Shown here: in pieces, positions 10,423-26,700 of the stretch
How positions within the stretch are numbered: the stretch's first letter is position 1
Layout: the number at the start of each line of letters is the position of its first letter
Assembly: GCA_040357565.1 (NCBI GenBank)
Contig: JBDODJ010000019.1
Direction: 5' to 3' (one strand)
DNA: 64,000 bases
Source: Cercozoa sp. M6MM
Taxonomy: Eukaryota > Protista > Endomyxa: Ascetosporea
Made by a program: the position numbers and the translations under genes
The notes under the pieces: model-generated
Database searches by the model: none
What the model saw: only the letters and a program-made list of their open reading frames with translations
Told to the model about the DNA's origin: nothing

Positions 10423-13400
10423 ATGTGGATTCTTTTGGCAGCACTCGTGGCTGTTGCCCATGAGTCTATTCTCGTCGAGGGAATGCTCTCACGAGCAGGT
10501 GCTCGTGACGTGCGCCATGGCATCCGTCTGTTTGGTGGCGGGCGAGCTGCGAACCAACCGATCGTTTCAGTTGGGAGGCCGTACGCTCGGCTAAGTCCGC
10601 CTGCAGCTCAACCACCACCGGAGCTTGAGGTAGATAGAATCTTATAGACACCTAAGACTTAAACACTCATGCTAAATTGATCTAAACGTGTGGCTCAGGG
10701 AGAATCCTTGCCTCAATTCGAGCCATCTCTGACACGCTCATTGTCGGACCAGCAACGAAGAGACGCACTTAATGTCATCGACGACGTCGCTCGTTCCCTA
10801 TCTGCGTCACAAGCTTTCGAGCTGGCCGACCTATCAACTGAGGAGTTGCAAGCTGTGCTGGCAGTCTTTCCAACTTGGCGCGATCTGCGCATTCAATCGG
10901 CACCCGTGATAGTGACGCAGGTGGCTCAAGTGATATCGAAGGCTTGTGCCGCGAATCCAGAGCTTCAACCAGTACTCGAAGAGGCGACTGAGGCTGAGAC
11001 TTGTGCTTTGCCAGAGTGTGCTTTTGAACTTGAAGAAGCCCCAGAAACACCAACTGCAGCCGCTGCTTATGTAAGTTGCTTTCATGATTGAACTTGTATT
11101 TTCAATTTGTTTTCTTTCACAGATAATCAACGCAATCGAAGAGGCTAAAGAGACTCCAGCAGGCCGGACCTTTAAAAGATGGCTGAAGGGAAGCGTTGCC
11201 TTCAACATGGGCGTTGCAAGCGGTCCTGTGTTTCAAGCACATTACTCGCTGGGTGCACTCGCCCAATCGACGCAACAATTGGCTGCGGGTTTCGTCTCCC
11301 CCGAAGTTGCGCAGTCCATTTTGCAGGCTTTTGCTCTGACTCGAGTTCTTCCCGGCTCAGACGACCGCGTTCGAGCCATGTGGTTTGTGATGGAGAAAGG
11401 TAGACGCGCGGCCCCTCAAGTTGCCAAAGTCGACAGTGCTGCGGAGATTGTGAAAGCTGAGGAAACCTGCAAACAACTTGTGTCGCATCCTGCTGCCGTG
11501 GGGCCACTCGAGTCGACACAAGCGATACAGCGCAGCTTGTGTCAGGTACTGACACCTGAGGTCTCGCCTGTGCAGCCTGAGGCGTCTGTTCCTCTGCTGC
11601 CACCCGGCGCTGAATTTGACGTTACTTCGCTTGCCTTGCCATTGGTAAATTGTTCGTTTTTACTTTTTTGTACTGTATCGTCGCGTGTATATTATAACCT
11701 TTGACTATAGGCATCTATCGGCACCCGAGGTTTCGAGTTGACTGCATCGCAAGCGCAACAGGCATTGCGAAGCTTTAAAAGCTTCAGTCAGCTTTCGCCC
11801 GAGACAAGCAAAGCTTTGGCAGGCATCGATGTGCTCCAAGTACAGTCGGCAACGACAGACATGTTGCTCTACGTGTCACCGGAGCAAGTGCGACAAGACT
11901 TCCAGCACTTGACTGCTGCTTTGATCGCTCTGGCCGAAACTCCGAAGCACATGGAATCGATGTTTGTTGTGGCACCCGAACTGACCCAACGACTGGCAGT
12001 CTACCTCCAAGCTTTAGTTGAACTGCCTGCTGAACTGCCCGAACGACAACTCATTCTCGCAAAGGTACATTGTCTGAACCTTTTGTCACATCCGTATGAC
12101 TAGAAGCTTTGTTTCGATAGGCCAGCGCAGGCATTCGCGAAGCCTCAATGACGCTCGAAGCATCTCCGTTTGAAACTGAAAGCGAACTACCGATCTCGAC
12201 TATCGGAAACATCGCTTCACGTGCATGCATTGAGCCGCCTCGAAGTCAGCTCGCGCAAGTCGCCTGTCAGCTGTTGCCGTTGCCACCAACGCAAACCACA
12301 TCATTGATTCAAAAAGGAGTGACTGATCTATGTACTGCCGCAATACCGCCTGCTATGCCTTCCGAGTTGCAAGTCACGAAGCACACGGTTTGCGACCTCA
12401 CTCTGCCGGCAACTCGCGAAACTGCTCTTGTGCCTGCTAAGAAAGCACAAGTGATTGCTGCAGCTGACGGAGTTTTGCAACTTCTGGTACCAAAGCTTAG
12501 ATTGTTCAGTTTAAAATGTGATTCCCGTTTGTTCTAGCTGCTGGATTCAATCTCGGGTGTCGAAAGTGCGACTGTTCTTGCACCGACAACAGCTCGAACA
12601 ACGATGCGCGTGCTGCGCTCGTTGCAAACGGGCTTGATGGAAGTTTTGGATTGGGAAACTGGGCCATTTGCGGATGTTGTCATGTTCGAATCGCACGAAG
12701 TCAGTGTGACTGGAGGCGCTATCGTTTCGACTGCACAAGTGCGCCAAGATGTCAGTTTGCTGATTCAGCTGCTTTGGGCACGCCAGACGTCACCGGGAAC
12801 CGTTGTGCTGCTTGAACCTGCCGTGCAAGAGAATTTCACTAAGGCAGTGAGACGTCTAAGCACTGTGCTGACCTGTCTTAGCCAGCTCCCTGGTCAAAAA
12901 ACTGACGTGCGTGCCTTTGACTTGAGAAACGCGGTCAGTTTTTTTTTTAACCTTTTTCAACTGACCCAAATTTGTTATGAATGAGTTCACTTGGCGGTTA
13001 TAGATCGTCCGAGGTGTCCGAGATGCTGCTTACACGATCCAACGGACACATGGTGCCATTGCTGCGTCTGAGCCGACTGCAGAAACCACAGAGGCAAAGC
13101 AACTCGCACAGTCGATCGCTTCAGTCGCTTTGCTGGCACAAGCTCCAAAACTGAAGAGCGAACGGCAAGAAACACTGCAGCAAGCGATCCTGCCTGTTTT
13201 GCAGCGACGAGCGCTTCCGCCTTTCGTCGGAACTGGTCCTGAGACTATCTTCCGCCTGCGTTCAAGTCCGAGCGGTCGTCCGGTTGATGTGACCCCCGCG
13301 GTGTTGGAAAGAGCCATGTCGGAGCTCACTTTGGAAGCATCAACTGTTCCAACGGACGAGCAGCGCGTCAAAACAAACGAAACACCGGTGATTGCTGCTT

Positions 13401-16400
13401 TGGCAGTTGCAACGGCCGATCCAAGCCGAACAAACACGTTGTTCGCTCCGGTAAAGCAGACATTCGTTGTAAGTTTTATTATTTAGGATCGATTTTGTAT
13501 TGACTGCAGTTGCAACGAGGCATAGCCGAAAGCTCAAGCTTGTTGAAACGAGTGTTTCCAGCGCCTGGGCCACTGGAAACTTCAGCGAAAGCTTCGCGTT
13601 CTCTCGTGCGAAGCGCATGTTTGTCGACAGCTTTGGCACCAGTTACAACCTTGTGCACCTCGCTGGTGCCAGTTCGTCCCGGTCCTCTCGCAGTGGTGCA
13701 ACCGTCTACGACTGCAGTTGTGCCTGTTGAGACGACTGCGATCACTCCGACGTTTGAATACATGCTGGGTCACCACTTCAAAACATTGCTCGACAATGTC
13801 GTCGTATCGCCCATGTTCGAGCGAGGAGAATTGCGTGCGGCGTCGATCTTTGTTCCACCACAAGTCGTTGGGTCCTTGGCCTTCCTGGTACAGATTTACT
13901 GATAATTGCATGTATAAGTTGTATAAATTTATATATAATATATAAAACTTATATATATATATATATATAAATCTTATATATTTATATATAAATTACGTAC
14001 GATATTTTGTTAATTTGTATATTCTTACAGCTCGAAGCAGCCGAACGAGAAGCGGAGACACTAGCGCGCTTGCTGTGTCGCACCACTAACACTTGCTTCG
14101 AGGGTCGAAACCTTCTGAAAGCCGGGCAACAAGCACTCCGAGCGATTGGAGGCGACTGCGAAGAGAATCAAATGTGCGTGCTTTCACCGGTACCATTCCT
14201 GTCAACTCAGTGCGTTTCAAGACATATCAGTCATGTATAATAAGTGTATCTCCAGGGAGGTCAACACAAGCGAAAGAAAGAGTTTCGCTATGGCATCGGA
14301 GCGACACTGTTGCTGGTGTTGAGTTCGCTGACAGGCGGCCTGCTGGATGACAAAGACCGAGTGCGTGTGTACTGGGATGGAAATGCTGCTCTCGGTGAAG
14401 AGGGCGCTGTGCCAGAGTCGGCCGACCACTACGGATTCTTTGTCGGCGTCGACCTACCTCGCATCCAGGAGGCTAAAGCACTGCCTGCCGAACCAGAGAC
14501 TGTTCTGTACGGAGTCGAAACTCCAGTTGAAACAACGGCCAGAGTCGAAGTGACTCCAATCACCAACACGGTTGTTCCATCGGCCGCAGAGACAGTGCCG
14601 CCGATGCGACAGCGCCTATTCGAATTGTGGAAACTTCTCACGTCAAAAATGGCCCTTCAGGGACTGGAAATGCCCCCTCCGGGTGTGCTGATTCGAATGA
14701 CTGCAGTTCCGAAACCTGTCGTTGTCCCCGCACCAACTCCGCCTTCTGGTGAGTTTTTCATTTCAATTGAAAACGACTGGACTAATTTTCTTCGCTTAGG
14801 TTTAGCCGTACGCGTAAAGAAGGTGCCTCATCCTGTCGGAACAGCAACGAAGCGAGGACCTGCTTTGCCTCCAGCGACTGCCGAAATCGGCACTGTCACT
14901 GGTGAGTTGGATGTTGTTTTTTAAATGTCAATCTTGAGTCATCTTGCTCCCTGTAGAACCTGCGCCTGTCACTGAAGAAGCGGCAACCGAGCCAGTTGCT
15001 GAGCCGAAACGTCCTGTCCTGATGGACCAGGCAGTGGTCACTGAGCCTGTTGCAGGTAAGTCATGCCTTCCTATATGTTAGTAGTACCGTATCAATTGCC
15101 TTGCACAGAAGTACGTCGTACGAAGCACGTGTTGCACGAAGCACCTCGAGAGACCAAGGTGCGAGGACCGACCTTGCCTCCTCATGTGACTGTTGAAACT
15201 GGCACCGCAACTGGTCAGTTGTTCTCATCGTACAAACTAAATTTAAACGTTTTAATGTCGGTTCTACTTGGTGTGAAGTAGAACCGACTCCTACCACGGC
15301 AGAAATGCAGGTGACCACTGAGCCCGTCGAATTGTTCACACGTGGCACCGAGACTGAGCCAACAGTGAGCACGAAACATGTGTTCCACGCCGCGCCTCAA
15401 GTTACGACTTTGCAAGGTCCGAGAGTGCGTCCAACGACGGTTGAAACCGGTGCTGGACCTGGTCAGTTTTGCTTTTTCTAAGATACTGTATACTTTGGAA
15501 TAAACAACCGAATTTGAATGAACTTGAGAGAATACAGAGACTGCAGCGGTGACGACAGAGCAGGTGACACAGGTCACTGCACCAGTGCGTACACGTGCCG
15601 CCATCGCCGTGCCGGCAGAACGCGTCACCGTCATTGCCCCTCCGATGCGTCCTGTCATGACAGACCGAGAGGTGATTACAGAGACTCCAGCCGTCGAAAC
15701 TCTCGGCACACAGGTCGAAACACCGACTCTCGAAGCCGGCACACAGGCTCAGCCAGGTACAGTTCACTTTGTGTGTTTATTGGAACAGTACAGTAAACTT
15801 ACATTGGGGCACGCGTGTTTGTGTATCGTATAGTGAGCGCCACTGTTGGCATACAGAGCGTTTCCGAAACGACTGGAATCGGCATCGAAACTGGTCAGTT
15901 GTGACCATAGTTTAATTTGGGAAGGGGTAGGTAGGACAGCTGTGAACTGGACTCAACTAAACTGAACTGAGCAGAGCCGGAACCGGTTGCAGTGACGACA
16001 AAACAGGCCACCCAGGCTACTGCACCAGTTCGTGCGCGTGCCATCTTTGTGCCTACAGAACGTCTGACTGTTAGTGTGCCGATCCGTCCAGTGGTCGAAA
16101 CAACTGGCGTACAGGTCGAAACACCCGCGACACGAGCGGCAGGCGTACAGGTCCGACCAAGCGCCACTACTGCCGCTACACAAGGCGGTCCTGTGATCAC
16201 AGCGACTGTTGGTATACACATATAAATGATACATCGTATATATATATATATAGATATATAAGATTAGTATTGATGAGTACGGGAGTATGCACTTGTGAGG
16301 ACAGGCACAACACCCACTGGACCTACCACGGCAACGGTCGGCTCGCAAGCTGGCTTCGGTCAGGGCTTGCCGCCTCCACCGCCAACGCAACCGCAGCCGG

Positions 16401-16888
16401 AGCCGGAACCAGAGCCAGAGCCGAAACCAAAGCCGCAGCCCGAACCCGAAGGTTTCGGACTCGGCTTATTGCCGACCGGTCCTCCTCCACCGCCTCCGCC
16501 TTCGTTTGGACCCGGTTCGCCGCCTGTTCCAATCGACTTGCTCCCACCTTCGCCTGTGATTCCGGCACAGCCCGTTCCTGTGCCGGTGCCACAACCTCCC
16601 ACTGGGCTATACAGACCTGCTGCAAGAGTTCCGTCCGTTCCGACAACGCAGACTCCGACTACACCGGCTACTCCGGCATTGCCGACACCGACACCCGCTG
16701 TCGGTCCTGCTGGTCCTCCGACCCCGCACGCTGCAGGAACTGTGGCCGGATTTGGACCTGCCATTGGCGGACTGGCTCCTCCTGTTCGTCCAGTGAATCC
16801 TCCCAGCGCGGCCCCAAGCGTGTGGCAGCATGGACACTACGCTACAGTTGCCCTCTTGGTGGTGTCGACACTCATTGCTTTCCGTTAA
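10423..16888 (+). CDS. Large secreted/surface protein with duplicated Thr/Pro/Val-rich exons, a Pro-rich stalk and a hydrophobic C-terminus (GPI signal or TM anchor); no recognisable family
   Basis: Signal peptide MWILLAALVAVAHES. About 18 exons linked by GT-AG introns. Repeated modules at 14800-16210. QPEPEPEPEPKPKPQPEPE and poly-Pro. Ends ATVALLVVSTLIAFR-stop. Confidence 0.7.
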
Positions 16889-17396
16889 ACTGAACTTGAA
16901 AAAACGGCGATTCTCGTTTGTCGCTGCCAGTGAAGCTTAAAATTTACATGACGGATATGCAGATACCGATCGAATTTGGACACTTATCATGATACTAAAT
17001 CTCCATTAGTATCCCAGTCGGTCAAGTACCGTGGATTCGGTTGACAACAGACATCCTTGGAAACCTGCTGAGAATAGCAAAGAGCGATCCAGAGAGCGCA
17101 AACTCGGCTACGCACCAGGTTCTCCTGGTCCGAGGAAAGCATCTGTCGATAGACAAAGCCACCACTCATTGCAGTGGTGGCTTTAAGTCTATGTCCGTCT
17201 GTTTGTTTTGCTGAGTTATCGAGTGGAGAGACGGAAGGACATGCAGAAAACTACTTCCTTGGTTCCCATAGCCCAACAAACTTAAGTAGACAACTGAGTG
17301 TTGACTGACGTGAGTGAGAATCGCGATGCCGAAACAAACATATATCGTAGGGAAAACGAAAGTGAAATACGATACGATCCGGAACGGGGGCGGACG

Positions 17397-21026
<3,630 letters not shown>

Positions 21027-21064
21027 CCGCGCGTCTACAGACAAAAATGACAATATAATTTAAT

Positions 21065-21072
21065 TTTGGCGC
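21065..21072. promoter_or_regulatory. Putative E2F/DP binding site (TTTGGCGC) ~40 bp upstream of the CDC45 start
   Basis: Exact match to the TTTSSCGC consensus. CDC45 is a classic E2F target in plants and animals. An 8-mer can occur by chance. Confidence 0.45.
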
Positions 21073-21248
21073 TCAGAAAATCACGCTCCATCGTGAAGCA
21101 ACGAAAGTTGCACAGACGACAAACAGTGAGTCAACGATCGAAAGGTTGCCCCAGGGCACTGCGTGCACGCGCGTCGGCACCCTCTGGGCCAGTATTCTGC
21201 AGAAAAAGTGTCCAATACCGTCGATCGCGAGCTGTTGAGCGCGCTAGT

Positions 21249-23180
21249 ATGTCGATAAGTACACGAGCACGCGAGGGATCGAGCGTTTTAGTGCTCTTGT
21301 GTGCCAAAAGTTCACGTGGCTACAAATAACTTGATTCAGCTAACTCTCGTTCCAGCACCGCACAGTGGTCCCGCAGCTGTGCTCTGCCAGCGGTGTGAGG
21401 TTTAACAAATGTTCTATCTTCCAGGATATTTGTTCCCAAAGCAGCTCGGTAATTTGTTATTTGCGGCTCATATTGATCATATTGATCGTGGGGGTGGGGT
21501 GAGTTGTTCTTGAATGATGAATGATGCTTGTGGTTTGCTCTAGGCTCGCGCATCGCGTCTGCGCCGGTGGAGGTGCGAACGCCTTGACATTGCTCCGTTG
21601 TTTTCTCGAGTTAAACGCGCAGGATGGCTTTGAAGGACGCGGCTTGCACGTGGTTGGCCGATCCTTGGCGGCCTACATGATCCACCACGCGCTGGTTCGC
21701 GGCCCTGCCTCGATCTTTGTACGTTGGTTTCAACTGTTTCTCGTTGTTAGATCCCTCTATGCACGGACAGGCGAAAGATCCTGCACTGGCCGATCAACGC
21801 CGACAAAAGCTCAGTCGAAGTCTGGTATCTGTGCGTGATCAGTGCTCAGGATACTGAGATCTGTTTCCTGTGTGTGTGCAGAACAATACGAACATGTGGT
21901 CCCTCACTGTCGGCTTTGGATCCGCCTGCACCTATGTTAGTTCTCTCATTTATATATATATATATATATATACTATACATATAATATATATATATATGTA
22001 TAGATGTATATACATGTACACAGCTTCTGTACGACATGCGACTCTGGTCGCGAATCGGAAAGAACAGATCGTGGCCAATTCGGGTAAAAACACAGCAAGT
22101 TGTGACTGAAGAGGTCGATTTATTTTGAGTGTGGGTCTCGCAGGTGGCATTCGCGAGTTTTAGTCTCGTGACGGGTGTTTTGGCCAGTGTGGCAGTGTCC
22201 CTCATGTACGAGCCATTCGGGTTTAGCGTGCTAAGTCGGCAGCTGGCCGAGTTAGATGCAGAGCATGATGATGGTACCCTACCCTCCAGGACCCTCCTTT
22301 CAGAGTACTTGATACTGAATGTAGTGTGCCCACTGAGCGCACTGTACAGAGCGACTTTGCGACAAGTGTACATGTCGGATAGAAATACAACGTTGGCGGT
22401 ACGCTCTTGTGTTTGACTAATGTTGTATTTAACTAGTGTTGTATTTGACTAATGCTGTGTTTGACTACTGCTGTGTTTGACTAATGCTGTGTTTGACTAC
22501 TGCACTGAGATAGCACTGTCAGTTGAGTTGTGTTGTTAGTTGTGTCGTTCTTTGTGCAGGAGAACAACGTGAGCAGCTCGCGCGCAGCGCTGAATCGCTT
22601 CCTGTGTCCTCTGACGCGGCCTGTCGATCTCGACATTGCTGACAGTGAGCGCGACTGCGACTTTTCCGAGCTGCCCTTCATGATCTCGCTGGCTGGTCTG
22701 CCGGGTCTCAAGGCGCTGTCGAGAGAGCGCTGGCCTCGGCAGCTCTCTTCCTCCACGGCTTGGTGTGAGGCCATGCTCGCCTCCCAGCGGATCGCCTCTG
22801 GTATATCTGGATACTGGTATATCTAGATACTGCAATATCTGGGTACTGCAATATCTGGATACTGATTTATCTGGATACTGATATATCTGGATACTGATCT
22901 GGATACTGATCTGGATACTGGTATATCTGGTGTTTTGTCCAGGCGAACTGCAGGTGCCTGGCATGACGCAGCAACAACTAGCCGACTTCAAGGCCAAGGC
23001 GCCGCTGCTGCGCCAGTTGCACATGGTACACAGGTTTCACTCTGACAGTGCCGGGTTCACACTCTGCTGTCCCAGGCCACCGTGCTGCGTCGGGTACCGC
23101 GCTCCCGTCGCTCCAGCATTCGACGCGACGCTGGTGTCGTCGCAGGCGCCGTGTTGCCCAACTTGCATCTCAACTTGTAG
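21249..23180 (+). CDS. Hypothetical multi-exon protein, divergent from CDC45
   Basis: Exons with coding-like composition bounded by GT-AG (e.g. ENNVSSSRAALNRFLCPL..., GELQVPGMTQQQLADF). Ends ...PNLHLNL-TAG. No family recognised. Confidence 0.55.
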
Positions 23181-23233
23181 TTCTTTTAGTTACTCGTATG
23201 TGCTAATTGAGTTGTGCGCTCACTTTGCAATCG

Positions 23234-23334
23234 ACGTCGAAATGGGAGCTGTATGATCCTACCCTAGGCGGTAGTGACCCACCCCAGTCTGGTGCAGGGG
23301 AACTACATAGTTGGTTTCCTAGAAGACTCCACTA
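23234..23334 (+). repeat. Dispersed ~100-nt repeat with terminal hairpin, copy A
   Basis: Shares the exact 29-mer AACTACATAGTTGGTTTCCTAGAAGACTC with 60518-60632 (minus) and 32/33 nt with 63968-64000. Confidence 0.85.
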
Positions 23335-23706
23335 TCTAACTGAACAATCGCGTGTTTTTTAATTGAAATCCAGCGATCCGGCTGGGGGAACGAGGACCCC
23401 TCTGCAGAGGCAGTCACGACGCACTGCACCAACTGTCTGACGGCTGAGTCAGCATTGTCATGGCTGAGCGCAGTGTGCTCTCGCTTGACGTAAGCTATCA
23501 ATGAGATTTGTATTTTCCAACTCTCGAGAGATGTGTTGGGCCTTGGCCAATTTTGGCGTGCTACAGTGTGCACAAGCAGCATTTCAATTGAAATGGGGTC
23601 TGTGGCTCGTTGCTAACTTTGCAGAGTTGCAAGGGAAAATTAAAAGAGACGATCGCTGACCACAACTGGTGTTTGTGTTGTGACGTAGGATGTTGACCGC
23701 GAGCGC

Positions 23707-26700
23707 ATGATTTATTCGTGGTGTCCACCGCGTGCGCCACGTTGGGAGGATTCCCGACACGCCAAGGTAGGCGTGCGAACATAATCAGACCGCGTGTTGC
23801 AACAAAGCAAGAGTGTACAAAGCAAGAGTGTGTACAAAGCAAGAGTGTGTGTGCAGGCGTGTCATCATTGTCGAAACAAACTCAAGAAGAAGCGGCACAA
23901 CTGCCGCGTGTGTGGCCATGTCTACTGCAGTCTGTGCACGCAGAAACTTGACCTGCCGAAACGCTTTCGCAAGAAGGGCAAGTCCGGGCCTGTGCGCGTG
24001 TGTTTCGGCTGTCGCGATGATGGCATCGACCGCCGCTGGAAGGAGGAGGTACACGTCCGCGCGGATGCTTTGCTACTGTGTTTTCACTGCTGTTTTCACT
24101 GCTGTTTTCACTGCTATGTACTCACAGGGCAGACGAGTCGATGTGCGACCGCGTGCCAGACTCTACAATCTGTAGCTTTGGCCCTACCCTACCCCCTACC
24201 CCCCCCCCCCCCCCCCCCCCGTAGAACACCAGCGATGGAAGCGACGGCGCAGTACGCTGACGCTGACGAGGACTGGGACAGCGACTTGTACGACGCCATT
24301 CACGAACCCATCGAAGCCGCTATCAGGTATCGTATCTCTATATTTGTATAAATATAAATTAAATATAAATGTAAATAAGTATATATAAGTATAAATAAAT
24401 ATAAATATATAAATAAATATAAATCTAAATAATAAATATAAATAAATATATAAATAAATATAAATATAAATATATAAATATATAAATAAATGTATAAATA
24501 TGTATAAATATATAAATATAAATAAATATATAAATATAAATAAATATATAAATAAATAAATGTATAAATGTATATATATATCCTAACTAATATACTCTGT
24601 ATCTGCAGTGTATATATTAGTGTACGCGTGTATGCACATACATTATATCTTACATTATGTATATATATATATATATAGGTGTATATAGTATATCTAGTAT
24701 ATCTAATCTTTGTGTCTCTTACAATATATCTAGTGATAAGGACATGTATGAGGACATATGTACAGACAAGGCAGTGAGCCGGCAGGTGTGGTACTGCTGG
24801 CTCCGCGCGACTGGAGCCGTCCCGGCTCTCGTACCGGCTGCTGGATGTGCAGCGAGCTGCTGCCGTCGCATCCGTACAACTGCCGCGTCTGCGGCGAGCT
24901 GCTTTGCGGCGGCTGCACCACGTACCCCCCCTTTACCCCCCTCCCATACCCCCTTTATCCCCATACCCCCCTTGGACAGGAAGGAAGAAGTCGCATTTAG
25001 TTTCCGAAAGAAAGGCAAAAGAGGTCCTCAGCGAGGTGCGTTGGATTTATACCCCCCTCCCCCGTATGTCCATATGGGCAAGATCGTACATAGTGTGCCA
25101 CTCGTGTCGCTGGCTACTCAAGGGCGGTGCAGGTATTTTTCTTTGCTTAAGGCTGCTGGTTGTTTGTTAAAGGCGTGTCTGTAGAAATGAGGGATCTGGA
25201 TCCGTTCGAGGACCGTGCGCCGTCTGTCAATCACTTTATTGTAGCCTCTCTCCCTACCTTCCTTGACCCTCTTGTACCCCTCTGTGGGTAGTACCCGCCA
25301 GAGCACCTGATGCCGCTTCCGCGCGGACTGCGACGACACCGACTACCTGTACAAAGAGTACTCTCAGTCGACACAGAATGAGTGGTTTTGTGTAGTACAA
25401 GGCGACACGTGCCACGATGCCTCTGAATGCCGGCACGCCCAGCGCATGTACCACCTACTACTACCCCTTACTGCCTACTGCCTACTACCCGCCCTACTAC
25501 CCTACTACCTACTACCCTACCCTGCCTACCTGCCTACCTTACTGCCTACCTGCCTACCTTGCTACCCTACCTTACTGCCTACCATACTGCCTACCTACTG
25601 CCTGGGTTCAGTACTGATCAAGGGTCTGCGGTCGCGCAGTGCGTCGCGACGGTCGGTGAGTCATTCACGCAACAGCAGCAGTCTCTCCGACCGGCCGCCT
25701 GCTGTGTCGGCGCCGACGTCGAACGGCAGCACCAAGGCCTCGGCGTCGGCCAGTGCTCTGTACAGCTTTTACCTTNNNNNNNNNNNNNNNNNNNNNNNNN
25801 NNNNNNNNNNNNNNNNNNNNNNNNNNNNNNNNNNNNNNNNNNNNNNNNNNNNNNNNNNNNNNNNNNNNNNNNNNNTGGTAGTTTTACCCCCCCCCCCCCT
25901 GTCCCCCTGGGTCCTGTGGGTGTCCCCCTTAACCCCCTGTCCCCCTTAACCCCCTGTCCCCCTTACCCCCAGACGAAGGCAGCAGCGATGTCGAATCGGC
26001 GTTTGGCACGGTGGCATCGCCTGTGGCATCGACTGATAGGTAGAGTTACCCCCTGACCCTTTCCTTACCCTTCCTTTATCCCCCCCCCCTTGCAGTGGCA
26101 GTGGAGGTGGCGCTTTCGACTTTGACATCTCCGGCGGTGTACAGGTAGTTTCTTAACCCCCCCCCCTTCCCATAGCACCTTTTGTACCCCCTCCGGATAG
26201 ACAACGGAAAAGAAGCCACCGGCACGCGCGAGTATTCTCAACATGGGTAGCATTGTACAGTCTTACCCCCTTTTGACCCCCCCCCTTGACCCCCCCCCCC
26301 CCTTAACCCCCCCCCCCCCCCCCCTGGGCAGACTGGTCAGGCGTGGATGCGGCGCAGCAGCGCATGCGATCGAAACCGTCGGGCGGACGCAAGAGTGTCT
26401 ACACGATGCCGCGATGTGCACGACCGGCGAGGGCAGGCGTGTCCACCAAGAAGGCTCGCAAGTCCGTCGTCGAATCCTTCGATGTGCAGTCCATTCGCGC
26501 CTTCTGTATTGAGGAGGTACACCTACCCCCTAGTCCCCTACCCCCAAGTTCCCTACCCCCAAGTTCCCTACCCCCAAGTTCCCTACCCCACCCACCCTAC
26601 CCTACCCAACCCCCCCCCCCCCAGAGAGAGTTAGGACGCGCCTTGAAGCGCGGAGGCGACCGGACACAGCCGTGGCGCGAGCGACGTTGGACAGTGCAGA

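Noticed and set aside
22405-22930. CRISPR-like array
   Set aside because: The repeats are adjacent degenerate tandem units without unique spacers, lie within spliceosomal introns, and there are no cas genes.
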